A stretch of DNA of 53,842 nt, taken from positions 1 through 53,842 of the IMG/VR virus record IMGVR_UViG_3300020125_000547; one strand, written 5' to 3'. Within the stretch, counting starts at the first letter, position 1. Each line of letters begins with the position of its first letter. The notes under the pieces were generated by a model that had not been told where the DNA came from, did no database searches, and saw only the letters and a program-made list of their open reading frames with translations. Below, piece by piece: positions 1 through 8,296 of this stretch. The DNA is from a virus (lineage: Duplodnaviria; Caudoviricetes). A program made the position numbers and the translations under genes.

Positions 1-192
1 CGCGGTCCCGACGTTCGCCTGGAGCTCGTGCAGCAGCGCGCGCGCGTCGTCGGGCGTCAGCAGGATCGTCACCCGGCCGCGGTAGCACGAGCACTTGTCG
101 AGGTGCCCTTGTCCGTCGTCGTCGACCCACGGCGCATGGAAGCCGGACCCGTCGCATCGGCGACACGGGATGCTGTAGCGACGGGTCTTCAC
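1..192 (-). CDS. Small CxxC-containing hypothetical protein, runs off the window start
   Basis: GTG at 192 lies 5 nt after a copy of the repeated promoter motif; reads VKTRRYSIPCRRCDGSGFHAPW...CSCYRG and is open to the window edge. Confidence 0.55.
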   Translation of the reverse strand, partial: MKTRRYSIPCRRCDGSGFHAPWVDDDGQGHLDKCSCYRGRVTILLTPDDARALLHELQANVGTA

Positions 193-197
193 ACCAC

Positions 198-224
198 CTA
201 GGACGCGCGACGCCGGCGCGATCT
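198..224 (-). promoter_or_regulatory. ECF-like promoter motif copy 1 (AGATC-N15-GTCCTAG)
   Basis: Matches the motif seen 10 times; its TAG is also the stop codon of the upstream gene. Confidence 0.7.
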
Positions 225-527
225 TGCCGTCTTCCCGCGCCGCTCCCTCGCCAGTGCGAGCACCGCTCCCCGGTCGTACGTGCGCCGGCCGGAGCTGTCG
301 CGGGTCGGCTGTAGGCGGCCGTCGTGGATCTTGATCCCGGCCGGTGTGACGCCGAGAAGGGCCGCTGCGTCGCGAACGCTGAGGCCGGGGGCGGCGCAGC
401 GCTCCGTGAGCACACGGCGGGTTATCGACGCTTCTACGCGCCGCGCTATCGCGGCCTCGACCCGGGCACGCAGCCCCGGGCGCTCGGTCTCGAGTTCGTC
501 GATCAGCCGGTCGAGGTCGTCCTTCAT
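198..527 (-). CDS. MerR/excisionase-like helix-turn-helix protein
   Basis: LSVRDAAALLGVTPAGIK...GRLQPTRDSSGRRTYDRGAVLAL is a MerR-type winged-HTH pattern; GAGGAG RBS before ATG 527. Confidence 0.7.
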   Translation of the reverse strand: MKDDLDRLIDELETERPGLRARVEAAIARRVEASITRRVLTERCAAPGLSVRDAAALLGVTPAGIKIHDGRLQPTRDSSGRRTYDRGAVLALARERRGKTARSRRRRAS

Positions 528-1012
528 GGCTCCTCGCCAGGGGCTGTGCCGCACCAACCAATCCTACCGGCGCCGCACGGCCCCGGCGACGCGGACGACA
601 CGAGCTGGATAGCCGGGACGCGAACCCCCGGCACGGTGGTCGCGACATGGAAGGAGTACGCCTCGAGCGAGCGGAGGATGACGTCGCGGGTCTGACGCAA
701 CCGGCCGTGCACGTACACCAAGCAGGCATCGCCGTGTTCGTGTCGGAGCACGCGCCGGATATGCGGTGTGCGCTGCTTCGCCGGCAGCAACCGGACGCCC
801 CCGAGCTCGGTGCCGTGAATAGCGTCACGCGCGACCCGTTGACCGACGGCGGCGTTCAACGCACGCGCAGCGACGAAGTCGCGGATCTCCGCGGCACGCG
901 GGCCGGTCACGCGAAGCGCGGTGAACCCCTTGCCGTCGGCGCGGGTAACCTCGACGCGGGTCCCGGCGAGCGGGCCCTCGGGGGCGTCCCAGGTGCCGAG
1001 TGTGTAGCTCAT
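524..1012 (-). CDS. Hypothetical protein
   Basis: ORF coupled to both neighbours by 4-nt overlaps; normal composition. Confidence 0.6.
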   Translation of the reverse strand: MSYTLGTWDAPEGPLAGTRVEVTRADGKGFTALRVTGPRAAEIRDFVAARALNAAVGQRVARDAIHGTELGGVRLLPAKQRTPHIRRVLRHEHGDACLVYVHGRLRQTRDVILRSLEAYSFHVATTVPGVRVPAIQLVSSASPGPCGAGRIGWCGTAPGEEP

Positions 1013-1200
1013 GCCGGGCCCGGGACGTCCACGTCGTGCTCCTCGACCCCGGAAGCGTAGAACTCGTAATCATCGGTGCCCGGTGCGGCTTTCGCCGCTG
1101 CGGCCGCCGCGCGAGCGTGCTCGGCGTCGGCCAAGGCGCGTATGGTGTGCACGGACCAGACCCGGCCGTTGTTGTGGGTGACGATGAAGACCGCGGCCAC
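1009..1200 (-). CDS. Hypothetical protein
   Basis: 63-aa ORF within a tightly packed minus-strand operon. Confidence 0.6.
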   Translation of the reverse strand: MAAVFIVTHNNGRVWSVHTIRALADAEHARAAAAAAKAAPGTDDYEFYASGVEEHDVDVPGPA

Positions 1201-1203
1201 AGG

Positions 1204-1530
1204 CTACTCGTTCCGCGCGATCGCCGCGTTCGCGAACATCATCGCCTCGTCGAGGTGCGTCATCGCGAGTGCCTGCTCGCGCGACACCGGCGTGTTGCCG
1301 ACGATGATCAGCGCGAGCTCGCGCACCTTGGCGCGAATCAGCTCGTACCGCGCTCGCTGATCACCCTGCGGTGGATGGTACTCGAAGCGCTCGTTGAGGG
1401 CGCCGAGCGTGCGCTCGTCGAGCGGGTACTTCGGCGCGGGCACGGCGGCCGGCGTCGGGATCAAGGGAACGCCCGGGGGCGGGGTCGCGGTGGTCGGTGC
1501 CTGGGCGCTATCGGAAGCTTCGTTTGACAT
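1204..1530 (-). CDS. Acb2/Tad1-like helical-hairpin protein, candidate immune-signal sponge
   Basis: RFEYHPP..Q..RYE.IR...SREQALAMTHLDEAMMFANAAIAR resembles the Tad1 SRE..ALTH.EEA.MW segment. Confidence 0.7.
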   Translation of the reverse strand: MSNEASDSAQAPTTATPPPGVPLIPTPAAVPAPKYPLDERTLGALNERFEYHPPQGDQRARYELIRAKVRELALIIVGNTPVSREQALAMTHLDEAMMFANAAIARNE

Positions 1531-1537
1531 GACGGAT

Positions 1538-1566
1538 ACGATAGCGCGCGACCCGGGCGGCGTCAA
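1538..1566 (-). promoter_or_regulatory. Sigma70-like promoter, probably leaderless
   Basis: TTGACG-N17-TATCGT-N7-ATG on the minus strand. Confidence 0.65.
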
Positions 1567-1608
1567 CGGATCCGTCGCCCGAGCGGGGGGGGGGGATCAA
1601 GCCCGATT

Positions 1609-1881
1609 CTAACCGAACCGCGACCGCGTCGTCGTCCGCGGACGCGGCGGCGCACTCGCCTCCGTCGGTTCTTCGCCGGCGATCACGTGCGGCGCCGCGC
1701 CTTGCTCGAGCGCGGCGAGTTCGGCGATGACTTCTCTTGCGAAATCCGCACAGCCCGACTCGTCAATAGGCAGTAGTTCGCCGTACGCCCGGCGGCGCGC
1801 GACGTCGTACCGGAGCCGGCTGCGCACACGGTCGATCGCAGCTGCCAGGACCTCGGGCGTGAGCCGCGCGCCGGGCGTCAC
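1609..1881 (-). CDS. Hypothetical protein
   Basis: 90-aa ORF starting 3 nt after the upstream stop. Confidence 0.55.
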   Translation of the reverse strand: MTPGARLTPEVLAAAIDRVRSRLRYDVARRRAYGELLPIDESGCADFAREVIAELAALEQGAAPHVIAGEEPTEASAPPRPRTTTRSRFG

Positions 1882-1884
1882 GAT

Positions 1885-2241
1885 CTACTCGTCCGACGGC
1901 GGGGCGTGCTCCAGCACCGCGAGCGGCATGCGACGCTCGCAGAGATCCTCGTCGTCATCGAACCACATCACCGTGGCATGCGTGTCATCGATCACCGAGA
2001 TCGTCATCGACGGCCCACCGGAGGCGAGCACGACCACGTCGCCGACCTCGAGCAGGTCGGCGCAACGGCACGCATTAGTGAGCCCACCGGTGAAGTCGCC
2101 CGAGTCCGCCGCGACGATGTTGAATGCCCAGTCTTGGGGGGCCTCTTTGGAACCGATCCCTTCGAGCAGGCGAAGAAAGGCAGCGGTCTGGTCGGTGTCC
2201 AAGGTACGGATGAAATTCAAAATCAGCAGGAGATTCTTCAT
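1885..2241 (-). CDS. Protein with C-terminal YodC/DUF2158-like domain
   Basis: VGDVVVLASGGPSMTI...VMWFDD...L; start placed at 2241 from promoter spacing. Confidence 0.7.
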   Translation of the reverse strand: MKNLLLILNFIRTLDTDQTAAFLRLLEGIGSKEAPQDWAFNIVAADSGDFTGGLTNACRCADLLEVGDVVVLASGGPSMTISVIDDTHATVMWFDDDEDLCERRMPLAVLEHAPPSDE

Positions 2242-2292
2242 GACCATGTAGGACGCGCGAGCGCCCGGCCGTCCTACGTGGCATGAAGAATC
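2232..2292. promoter_or_regulatory. Bidirectional palindromic ECF-like promoter (copies 2 and 3)
   Basis: GGACG-N15-GTCCTAC reads on both strands; the inverted repeat extends into both ATG AAG AAT starts. Confidence 0.7.
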
Positions 2293-3308
2293 CCGACGCT
2301 GTCTCTGACCGCACCTTGGAGCTGATCATCATCCGCGCCGCCGCCGACCTGGTGCGCGGCAGCCCCATCATGATCACGATGCACAACCTGCGCACAGCGA
2401 TCGAGGAGTTAGCCCGACGCAACCCGGAGGGCTATCCGCTGGTCGGGGGTGTACCACGCCACCCGCTGCCGTGGCCGGAAGCGCCGGACACCGACGCCCT
2501 GGGGCGTCGTCAGCGGGCGGAGCCCCAGTTCATCCTTTCCCCGGAAGATGAAGTCCGATACCACAAGCACGCAAGCCACGCGGCGGCGTCGATCCCAGGC
2601 CGGCCGGAGACCTGGCCGGTCGACGATCTCGAAAACGCGACCGGCAGAGCGCTCGAGGCCGCTGCCCCCGGCCACCCACGGATCCCGATGCGGGTCCACA
2701 GCCCCTTCGGGTCGCACCCCGAAGGCGATCAGGAGTACCGCGACCGGCTGCGCGCCGTGAGCCGGCACGACATCGGCCGGATCCACTGTCGGGCGCTCGA
2801 TGTCGCGGAGCACACCTTCGACGCCATCGGGCCGAAGGGCGGGTACTCAGCCTCGAGCGCGTCGCGCGCGCTGACGGTCGGGATCATCACCGCGATCTTC
2901 GAGGAGATCGAGCGCCGCCGCACCAGCGCCACCGCTCGCGCGGAGCACACGTACCGACCCGGGGACGAGGTCGAAGTCGACGCGTCCGCACACGGCTGGT
3001 GTCCGGGCACGGTCAAGCACGCGAACGACTGGGGCGTCGTGGTGTACTGGTCGTACGGCGACGGCAAGGTCACCGGCTCGACGCCCGTGCCGTGGGACGA
3101 GGTGCGCGGCCGCGTGCGCCGACGCGGTGAGTATCAGGTCGGCGACGAGGTCGAGGTGAAGACCGCCGGCCCTGGGAGCCGCGGGGGCGCGGTATGGGAA
3201 GCGGCTGCGGTTCAGCGCGTCGAGGCCGACAGGATCGACGTCGAGTTCAAGTACCGCAAGGCCGGTGGCTGGTTCTCGCGCAATCTCGTGCGGCGGCCGA
3301 CCCGCTAG
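2283..3308 (+). CDS. Protein with two C-terminal Tudor/Agenet-like (SH3-fold) repeats
   Basis: YRPGDEVEV...GWCPGTV and YQVGDEVEV...WEAAAV...IDVEF. Confidence 0.6.
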   Translation: MKNPDAVSDRTLELIIIRAAADLVRGSPIMITMHNLRTAIEELARRNPEGYPLVGGVPRHPLPWPEAPDTDALGRRQRAEPQFILSPEDEVRYHKHASHAAASIPGRPETWPVDDLENATGRALEAAAPGHPRIPMRVHSPFGSHPEGDQEYRDRLRAVSRHDIGRIHCRALDVAEHTFDAIGPKGGYSASSASRALTVGIITAIFEEIERRRTSATARAEHTYRPGDEVEVDASAHGWCPGTVKHANDWGVVVYWSYGDGKVTGSTPVPWDEVRGRVRRRGEYQVGDEVEVKTAGPGSRGGAVWEAAAVQRVEADRIDVEFKYRKAGGWFSRNLVRRPTR

Positions 3309-3683
3309 CTGGCGGCCGCGACCCACAGCCCCGACGGCCCCAGGTACGCGAGCTCGGCGCGGGTGATCGGCTCGCCGTCGCACACGAAGGTCCCCTCGAG
3401 CCGGTGGTACACCGCGCGCTCGGCGTTCGCGGGCCGGCTAACGCCGCCGCGCCATCGGCCCACCGCGAACGCGTGTACGTTCCGAGCGCCCGAGGCCGCG
3501 CGGCGCTGACCGCCGGCGCGCACCAACGAAGCGGACTTCGGCGAGCACGATCTCGTCGGCGTGCGCGACGACGTGCGTCCGCTGCATCACCGAGTACCAC
3601 ACGCCGGCGCGCAGGAGGTTGCGGTACACCCAGACCTCGCGGTCCGAATCGATCGACCGGGCCTGATAGCTGTGGATGGTCAT
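3305..3683 (-). pseudogene. Conserved phage protein split by a 1-nt frameshift near 3527 (pseudogene or sequence error)
   Basis: N-half (VWVYRNLL...VVAHADEIVLAEVRF) and C-half (RNVHAFAVG) of one recognisable family lie in different frames. Confidence 0.6.
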
Positions 3684-3688
3684 GCGGA

Positions 3689-3714
3689 CTAGGACGCGCG
3701 GCGCTGACCGATCC
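3689..3714 (-). promoter_or_regulatory. ECF-like promoter motif copy 4 (GGATC-N14-GTCCTAG)
   Basis: 5 nt before ATG 3683; its TAG is also the upstream stop. Confidence 0.65.
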
Positions 3715-4024
3715 CGACCGCGCGGAGCACCCGCCGCCACCACGGCGCCCGGTCCGCCGCGACGCCGACGCGGATCCGGCACAGGATCGCCTCCGCCCGC
3801 GCGTCTTCCTCGGCGGCGCGCTGCGGCGCCACGCAGAGCATCAGGTCGCGGAGCGCCTGCTCGGCGAGGCCGTCGGCGTCGGGCCCGCGCCGGCACCGGA
3901 CCTCGAGGTAGCGGTCGACGTACGCCGCGAGGTCGAGCGCGGCGCTGTGCCGGCCATCCGGGTTCTGCGCAACGAGCGCGTGGCGGCGCTGCAACGAGCG
4001 GAAGACCTGGTCGGGGGTCCTCAC
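3689..4024 (-). CDS. Hypothetical protein
   Basis: GTGA overlap with the upstream stop. Confidence 0.55.
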   Translation of the reverse strand: MRTPDQVFRSLQRRHALVAQNPDGRHSAALDLAAYVDRYLEVRCRRGPDADGLAEQALRDLMLCVAPQRAAEEDARAEAILCRIRVGVAADRAPWWRRVLRAVGIGQRRAS

Positions 4025-4917
4025 GCGTCCCCCTTGCCGGCCACCACGACGGCCTCCTGCATCCGCCCCTCGAGCACGGTCTGACACCGCGCGCAGCCGG
4101 GCAGGTGTTCGCGGAACTCCTGCGCGAGCCGTCCCGCGGGGCCGCCGGTTAACTGTCCGTCGAAGAACCAGTCGAGGTGGTCGCACGGTGTTGGTCGCGG
4201 GGCCGCCGCGCGCCGTCGCCATGCCTCGATCCGGGCCGCCGACATCCGCTGCTCCTCCGCGATCTGATACTCGAAAACGGCCTGCGGGAAGAACTCGCTG
4301 AGCATCATCCAGCGGCAGGGTAAGTCCGAGGCACCCCAGCCGCCGCTGTCCAGGTAGGCGGGGTTGATGCCATCGAGCCCACGGTGCTTCGCGCTCGACC
4401 ACCGCTCGGGCGCCGCGGCTGTGTTCCCGTGCGGCCAGACGACCTCGGCTGCGAGAATCGGCCCGTACTTGCCCTCGAGCTCCTCGGCGAGGTCCGGATC
4501 GCACAGCCGCTGCGTCGGGCGGATGAAGACGAGCGGGCAGCAGATCTGCCCCTTCACGAAGCTCGGCGCGGTGCGCCAGTGCGCCTCGGCGGCCGGGATC
4601 CCGGCCATGTACTCGACGAGCGTCGTCCAGTAGCCCGCAGCGAGGTCGGCGTCGCCGATCGAGTGTCCGCGACCGCCGGGCGGCCCGCTCCGCCAGTAGC
4701 CGGCGTCCGGTGGTGACCCGTCGGGGTTACGCAGAGCGTCGAACGTCGTGCGGTGCACGAGGCGTAGCTCGGGCACGATGTCGATCGGCCTGTGCTCGCC
4801 GCCGACGTACGTGATGATCGTCAGCGCCACGAACGCGGTCCCGTCGCGCGGCGCCGGGGCGTCGCCTCCAGTGCCGCCACCCATCACAGGACGCCAGTTG
4901 AATCGGTCGACCGTCAT
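4021..4917 (-). CDS. Hypothetical protein with C-terminal zf-HC2 (ZAS anti-sigma-type) zinc motif
   Basis: C-terminus CDHLDWFFDGQL...FREHLPGCARC fits HxxxCxxC preceded by DGxL. Confidence 0.6.
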   Translation of the reverse strand: MTVDRFNWRPVMGGGTGGDAPAPRDGTAFVALTIITYVGGEHRPIDIVPELRLVHRTTFDALRNPDGSPPDAGYWRSGPPGGRGHSIGDADLAAGYWTTLVEYMAGIPAAEAHWRTAPSFVKGQICCPLVFIRPTQRLCDPDLAEELEGKYGPILAAEVVWPHGNTAAAPERWSSAKHRGLDGINPAYLDSGGWGASDLPCRWMMLSEFFPQAVFEYQIAEEQRMSAARIEAWRRRAAAPRPTPCDHLDWFFDGQLTGGPAGRLAQEFREHLPGCARCQTVLEGRMQEAVVVAGKGDA

Positions 4918-5195
4918 CGCAGAGCCTCGGGGGTCAGGTGACAACCGCCGTCGATGCAGACCACGACCGGACGCACGATGACCTCGGGGTGCCCGGTCTG
5001 CACCAGCTCGACCGGGCGGCACTGGGCCGCTCCTGGCTCGCCGAAGCACGCCATCAGCCGGCCGGTCAGGTCCGTGGCGCGGGCGGTCATCGCCGCCAGG
5101 GACAGCGGCGACGGCCAGGGATCGACGCGGCCGTGCACGGCGAAACAGAGACCGCACAACACGAACGACAACAGAAAACCAAGTAACATTCTCAT
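4914..5195 (-). CDS. Small membrane or secreted protein
   Basis: Hydrophobic N-terminus; ATGA overlaps. Confidence 0.55.
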   Translation of the reverse strand: MRMLLGFLLSFVLCGLCFAVHGRVDPWPSPLSLAAMTARATDLTGRLMACFGEPGAAQCRPVELVQTGHPEVIVRPVVVCIDGGCHLTPEALR

Positions 5196-5518
5196 GTTCC
5201 CTCCAGGATTGTAACCATCTGTTCGATCTGCCGTCGATCTTCCTCAGCGACCGCCTCGCGCCAGCCCGGCTCGCCGGGTGCCGCGCTTCGCATCGCGAAC
5301 GACGCCGAGGTCCGCGCGACGTCGCGAACGAGCTCGAGGGGGCTGAGATCGGCCTCCGGTCGTGCCTCGGCGTCCCGGGTGGCTTCGGTCACCGCGTGCG
5401 CCAGCACCCAGACCAGGTCGCGCGGCGGCACCGGCAGCGCCGCGAGCTCGCGCGGGTCCAGCGGCCGGTCGATCGCGAAGTCGGCGCCCCAGCGCACGAG
5501 GTCGGCAGGGGTGATCAC
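5192..5518 (-). CDS. Hypothetical protein
   Basis: GTGA-coupled ORF (VITPADLVRW...). Confidence 0.55.
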   Translation of the reverse strand: MITPADLVRWGADFAIDRPLDPRELAALPVPPRDLVWVLAHAVTEATRDAEARPEADLSPLELVRDVARTSASFAMRSAAPGEPGWREAVAEEDRRQIEQMVTILEGT

Positions 5519-5754
5519 GCGCGCACCAGCCGGCCCGGCGCCGTGGTACGGGCCGGCAGCAGCGCCGCGACGATCGCGGCGTCTATCCACTCGACGATCA
5601 ACCGACCGCCGTATCGCGCCGGCACGAGCTCGGGTGCGCAAAGCAGGCACGCCTGGTACCCGGCCGCGCGGTGACATCGCGGGCAGCGCGCACCCTTCGC
5701 GGGCGGGCGAACACGCGAGCGCGGCGACGGCCCGCGGGCGAGAGCGTCGATCAA
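5515..5754 (-). CDS. Small zinc-ribbon protein
   Basis: CPRC...CLLC; TTGA overlap. Confidence 0.5.
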   Translation of the reverse strand: MIDALARGPSPRSRVRPPAKGARCPRCHRAAGYQACLLCAPELVPARYGGRLIVEWIDAAIVAALLPARTTAPGRLVRA

Positions 5755-6065
5755 GGCGCCTCCTTGCAGCACGCAAGCAGCACCGGATTGCCGTGCGGCT
5801 CCGGCGGATCCTGCCCGTCCGGCCAGAACTTCGACCAGCGCGGGTACGAGTCAAGCGCGGTGATCGTGCTGTACGACCAGCACCGGCGCGTCGGGAACCA
5901 CTCGGCGACCGTCGCGAGCGTCTCGCCGTTGTGCTGGAACACGGCCACGACGTGCACCAGCGCGTGGACCTGCTTGACCGTCATTCCGCCGGCGCCGTGC
6001 AGGGTGAAGTGGCGTAGTCTGTCGCCGGGCTTCGGCGGCCACCACGTCGCGGGCTCGTAGCTCAT
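5751..6065 (-). CDS. Hypothetical protein
   Basis: ATGA-coupled ORF (MSYEPATWWPPKPGDRL...). Confidence 0.6.
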   Translation of the reverse strand: MSYEPATWWPPKPGDRLRHFTLHGAGGMTVKQVHALVHVVAVFQHNGETLATVAEWFPTRRCWSYSTITALDSYPRWSKFWPDGQDPPEPHGNPVLLACCKEAP

Positions 6066-6802
6066 CGGGACCCCCGAAGCACACCCTTCGCGCTGTGGAT
6101 GTCGCAGTTCCCGTCGCCGTCGTTGTCGCGCTCGCAGCACGGTTCGATCGTGCGCGGTGCTGACTTGAGGTCGAACGTCTTGAGGTCGAACGTCCACTCG
6201 CCGGCCACATAGGGCGAGGGGAAGTGCATCTTGACCGGATCGACCAGGCGTCCGCCAGCGCGCACGCCGTCATCACAGACGACCACGAGTCCGCAGGCAC
6301 ACCGGGTGCCGACCGCGAGCGCCAGTAGCGCGTGTTTGTTGTCGGGGCACGGTTCCGCGGCCGGCGCGTCGGACGCCTCCCAGCAGTCATCGAACCAGCG
6401 CGCGAGGTGCCGGAACGCCTCGGCGATCACCCGGCCGTCGGGGTAGTTGATGTAGCCGTCCTCGCCCCAGTCGGTGTGGCGGAGCTCGCGCAGCGGCGCG
6501 CCGTATCCCGTTCCGCTGAACAGCACCTCGTAGACCGGCGGGTAGACGTCTTGGCCGGCTCGATCGCGGCTCGTGCCGCTGTGGAAGCGGAACGCGACGA
6601 CCGAGACCGCGCCGTCGTCCTCGAGCGCCGCGAGGAGTCCTTGGGGGTAGTCGTCGCGGCCGCGGGGTGCGGTCGGCGCCGTCGACGGCGGGAGGAGCTC
6701 GATTACGTGCGTGGCGCGCGCGCGGATCTCCGGCTCGGTGTAGAGCCGAGCGTCCGGGTCGCCCGTGAAACGTGAATCGGCGCGCTGCATGCGGTCGATC
6801 AC
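6062..6802 (-). CDS. Hypothetical protein with Cys-rich C-terminal part
   Basis: GTGA overlap, GGAGG RBS, typical codon bias. Confidence 0.6.
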   Translation of the reverse strand: MIDRMQRADSRFTGDPDARLYTEPEIRARATHVIELLPPSTAPTAPRGRDDYPQGLLAALEDDGAVSVVAFRFHSGTSRDRAGQDVYPPVYEVLFSGTGYGAPLRELRHTDWGEDGYINYPDGRVIAEAFRHLARWFDDCWEASDAPAAEPCPDNKHALLALAVGTRCACGLVVVCDDGVRAGGRLVDPVKMHFPSPYVAGEWTFDLKTFDLKSAPRTIEPCCERDNDGDGNCDIHSAKGVLRGSR

Positions 6803-6909
6803 CACGCACCTCCGAACAGCCAGCCGAGGAGCGCGTACGTGCTGATACCGACGCACGCCGCGCCGACCAGCGCGAACACCATGACACCGAGCCAGTCGTG
6901 CCGCCTCAC
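6799..6909 (-). CDS. Small single-pass membrane protein
   Basis: 36-aa hydrophobic ORF overlapping both neighbours. Confidence 0.5.
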   Translation of the reverse strand: MRRHDWLGVMVFALVGAACVGISTYALLGWLFGGAW

Positions 6910-7148
6910 GCCGCACCACCTGCGGTGCCGGCCTCGCGCTCGATCGCGTCCCGCTCGTCGTTGTAGATCTCGGCGGCGCGGACTTCGCCGAGCGCCGCGA
7001 CCGCGTCGAGGAACGGGTCCAGGAACGCGTCGGGGTCGTGGTTGTCGCGCACGACCTCCAGTGCGGAGTTGAACGGCGGGCGCTCGTTCTCGAGCGCGTC
7101 GGCGTCGTCCCGGGCGCGTTGGCGGACGGCCTTCTCGTGGCTGGTCAT
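6906..7148 (-). CDS. Acidic hypothetical protein
   Basis: GAGGA RBS before ATG 7148. Confidence 0.6.
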   Translation of the reverse strand: MTSHEKAVRQRARDDADALENERPPFNSALEVVRDNHDPDAFLDPFLDAVAALGEVRAAEIYNDERDAIEREAGTAGGAA

Positions 7149-7180
7149 GTCGTTCCTCGTTGCACGCGCCGGTCCGTGCG

Positions 7181-7543
7181 CTAAGGCCGCGACGTCCGGA
7201 CCGGCGGGACGGGCGGGTGTGAATCCGCGACCACACCTGCCGCCGGTGGTGTGGCGCTGGGGATACGCTCGCGGCGCGGGTGCTCGCGGATCGCGTGCTG
7301 GTATAGCCAGCCGGCGACGGCCTCGGACGCAGCCGACCCCGCGAGCTTCGCCGTCAGCACGCGCAGCCACGCGCGACGGCGGATCCCGGCATCGATCAGC
7401 CGGCCGATCTCGTCACCGGGCATGCGGCTGTGGAGGAGGTCGGGGTGCGCGGTCGCCAGGTTGATCAGGCGCGCGTCGCCGCGGGCGATCGCGGCCTCGA
7501 GCGCGTGCTTGGCCCGGAGCACGCCGTTCCGGGCGCGTCTCAC
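7181..7543 (-). CDS. Hypothetical protein
   Basis: GTGA overlap with the upstream stop. Confidence 0.5.
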   Translation of the reverse strand: MRRARNGVLRAKHALEAAIARGDARLINLATAHPDLLHSRMPGDEIGRLIDAGIRRRAWLRVLTAKLAGSAASEAVAGWLYQHAIREHPRRERIPSATPPAAGVVADSHPPVPPVRTSRP

Positions 7544-7830
7544 GACGACCCGCGGCCAGGACGCGCGATCGCCCGCGGGATCTCGCGGACGCGCGGCACG
7601 CGCACCGGCCACACGACCCGCGCGAGCGCCGCGAAGCTCCGGCCGAGCGCGACGCCGGCGCGGACGAGCAGGTACAACACGCCCACGGCGACCGCGAGCG
7701 GCCACAGCAGCCCGGCCAGGAAAACAAGCGCCGGCGCCGGGTCGTCGTCGGCCAGCCGATCGGACAGCTCCACACCCGTAAGAACGCCGATGATGAGACC
7801 GATGCAGCAGTAGAGAACGATACCCGGTAT
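7540..7830 (-). CDS. Membrane protein, probable non-canonical ATA start
   Basis: Hydrophobic in-frame extension (IPGIVLYCCIGLIIGVLTG) reaches ATA 5 nt after promoter copy 5. Confidence 0.5.
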   Translation of the reverse strand: MPGIVLYCCIGLIIGVLTGVELSDRLADDDPAPALVFLAGLLWPLAVAVGVLYLLVRAGVALGRSFAALARVVWPVRVPRVREIPRAIARPGRGSS

Positions 7831-7835
7831 GTTCC

Positions 7836-7862
7836 CTAGGACGCGCGATGCCTAGGGATTCC
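7836..7862 (-). promoter_or_regulatory. ECF-like promoter motif copy 5 (GGAAT-N15-GTCCTAG)
   Basis: Heads the long leftward operon. Confidence 0.65.
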
Positions 7863-7960
7863 TACGCGCACGGCTCGCTCGAATAACAATGCCCGACGAG
7901 CGCCTGCGCTGCGGCTCGTGGCGGCTCGCTCAATAAAAACGCGCCAGATAATCAAGAAAA

Positions 7961-8296
7961 ATGCCGGATGGGCGTCCGTTCCGGCATCCTGTTCCGGCAT
8001 GCCTTCGGGTTAAGCTCTTGACAACGTTCATGTTTCTGGTTCTGTTCCTGCATGTTCCGGCATTCCGGCACGTCTTCCATAGTCCCCTGGGTGGTGTGTG
8101 TCATTTTTCGTGTCCGGCATTATTTAATCCCGGATATTCCCTTTTTATTATCTAGGTATATGTACTATTACACACACCAGATCTACTTCTCTGATCGATC
8201 GAAATAGGAACACTAGGAACAGTAGGAACCGGGCAACGATTTTAATGGGTTGGCGTGTTCCTGCATGGCGCTCTGTTCCGGGTTGATGCCGGAACA
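7961..8296. repeat. AT-rich region with direct and inverted TGTTCC(G/T)(G/A) repeats; origin or packaging-site candidate
   Basis: About 12 copies in both orientations, plus an inverted repeat 8092-8104/8167-8179 around an AT-rich core. Confidence 0.65.

Noticed and set aside
7961-8296. Repeats considered as a CRISPR array or as the small ORFs 7961-8155 and 8148-8486
   Set aside because: Units are 8-11 bp, irregular and in both orientations with no spacers; the ORFs have atypical composition
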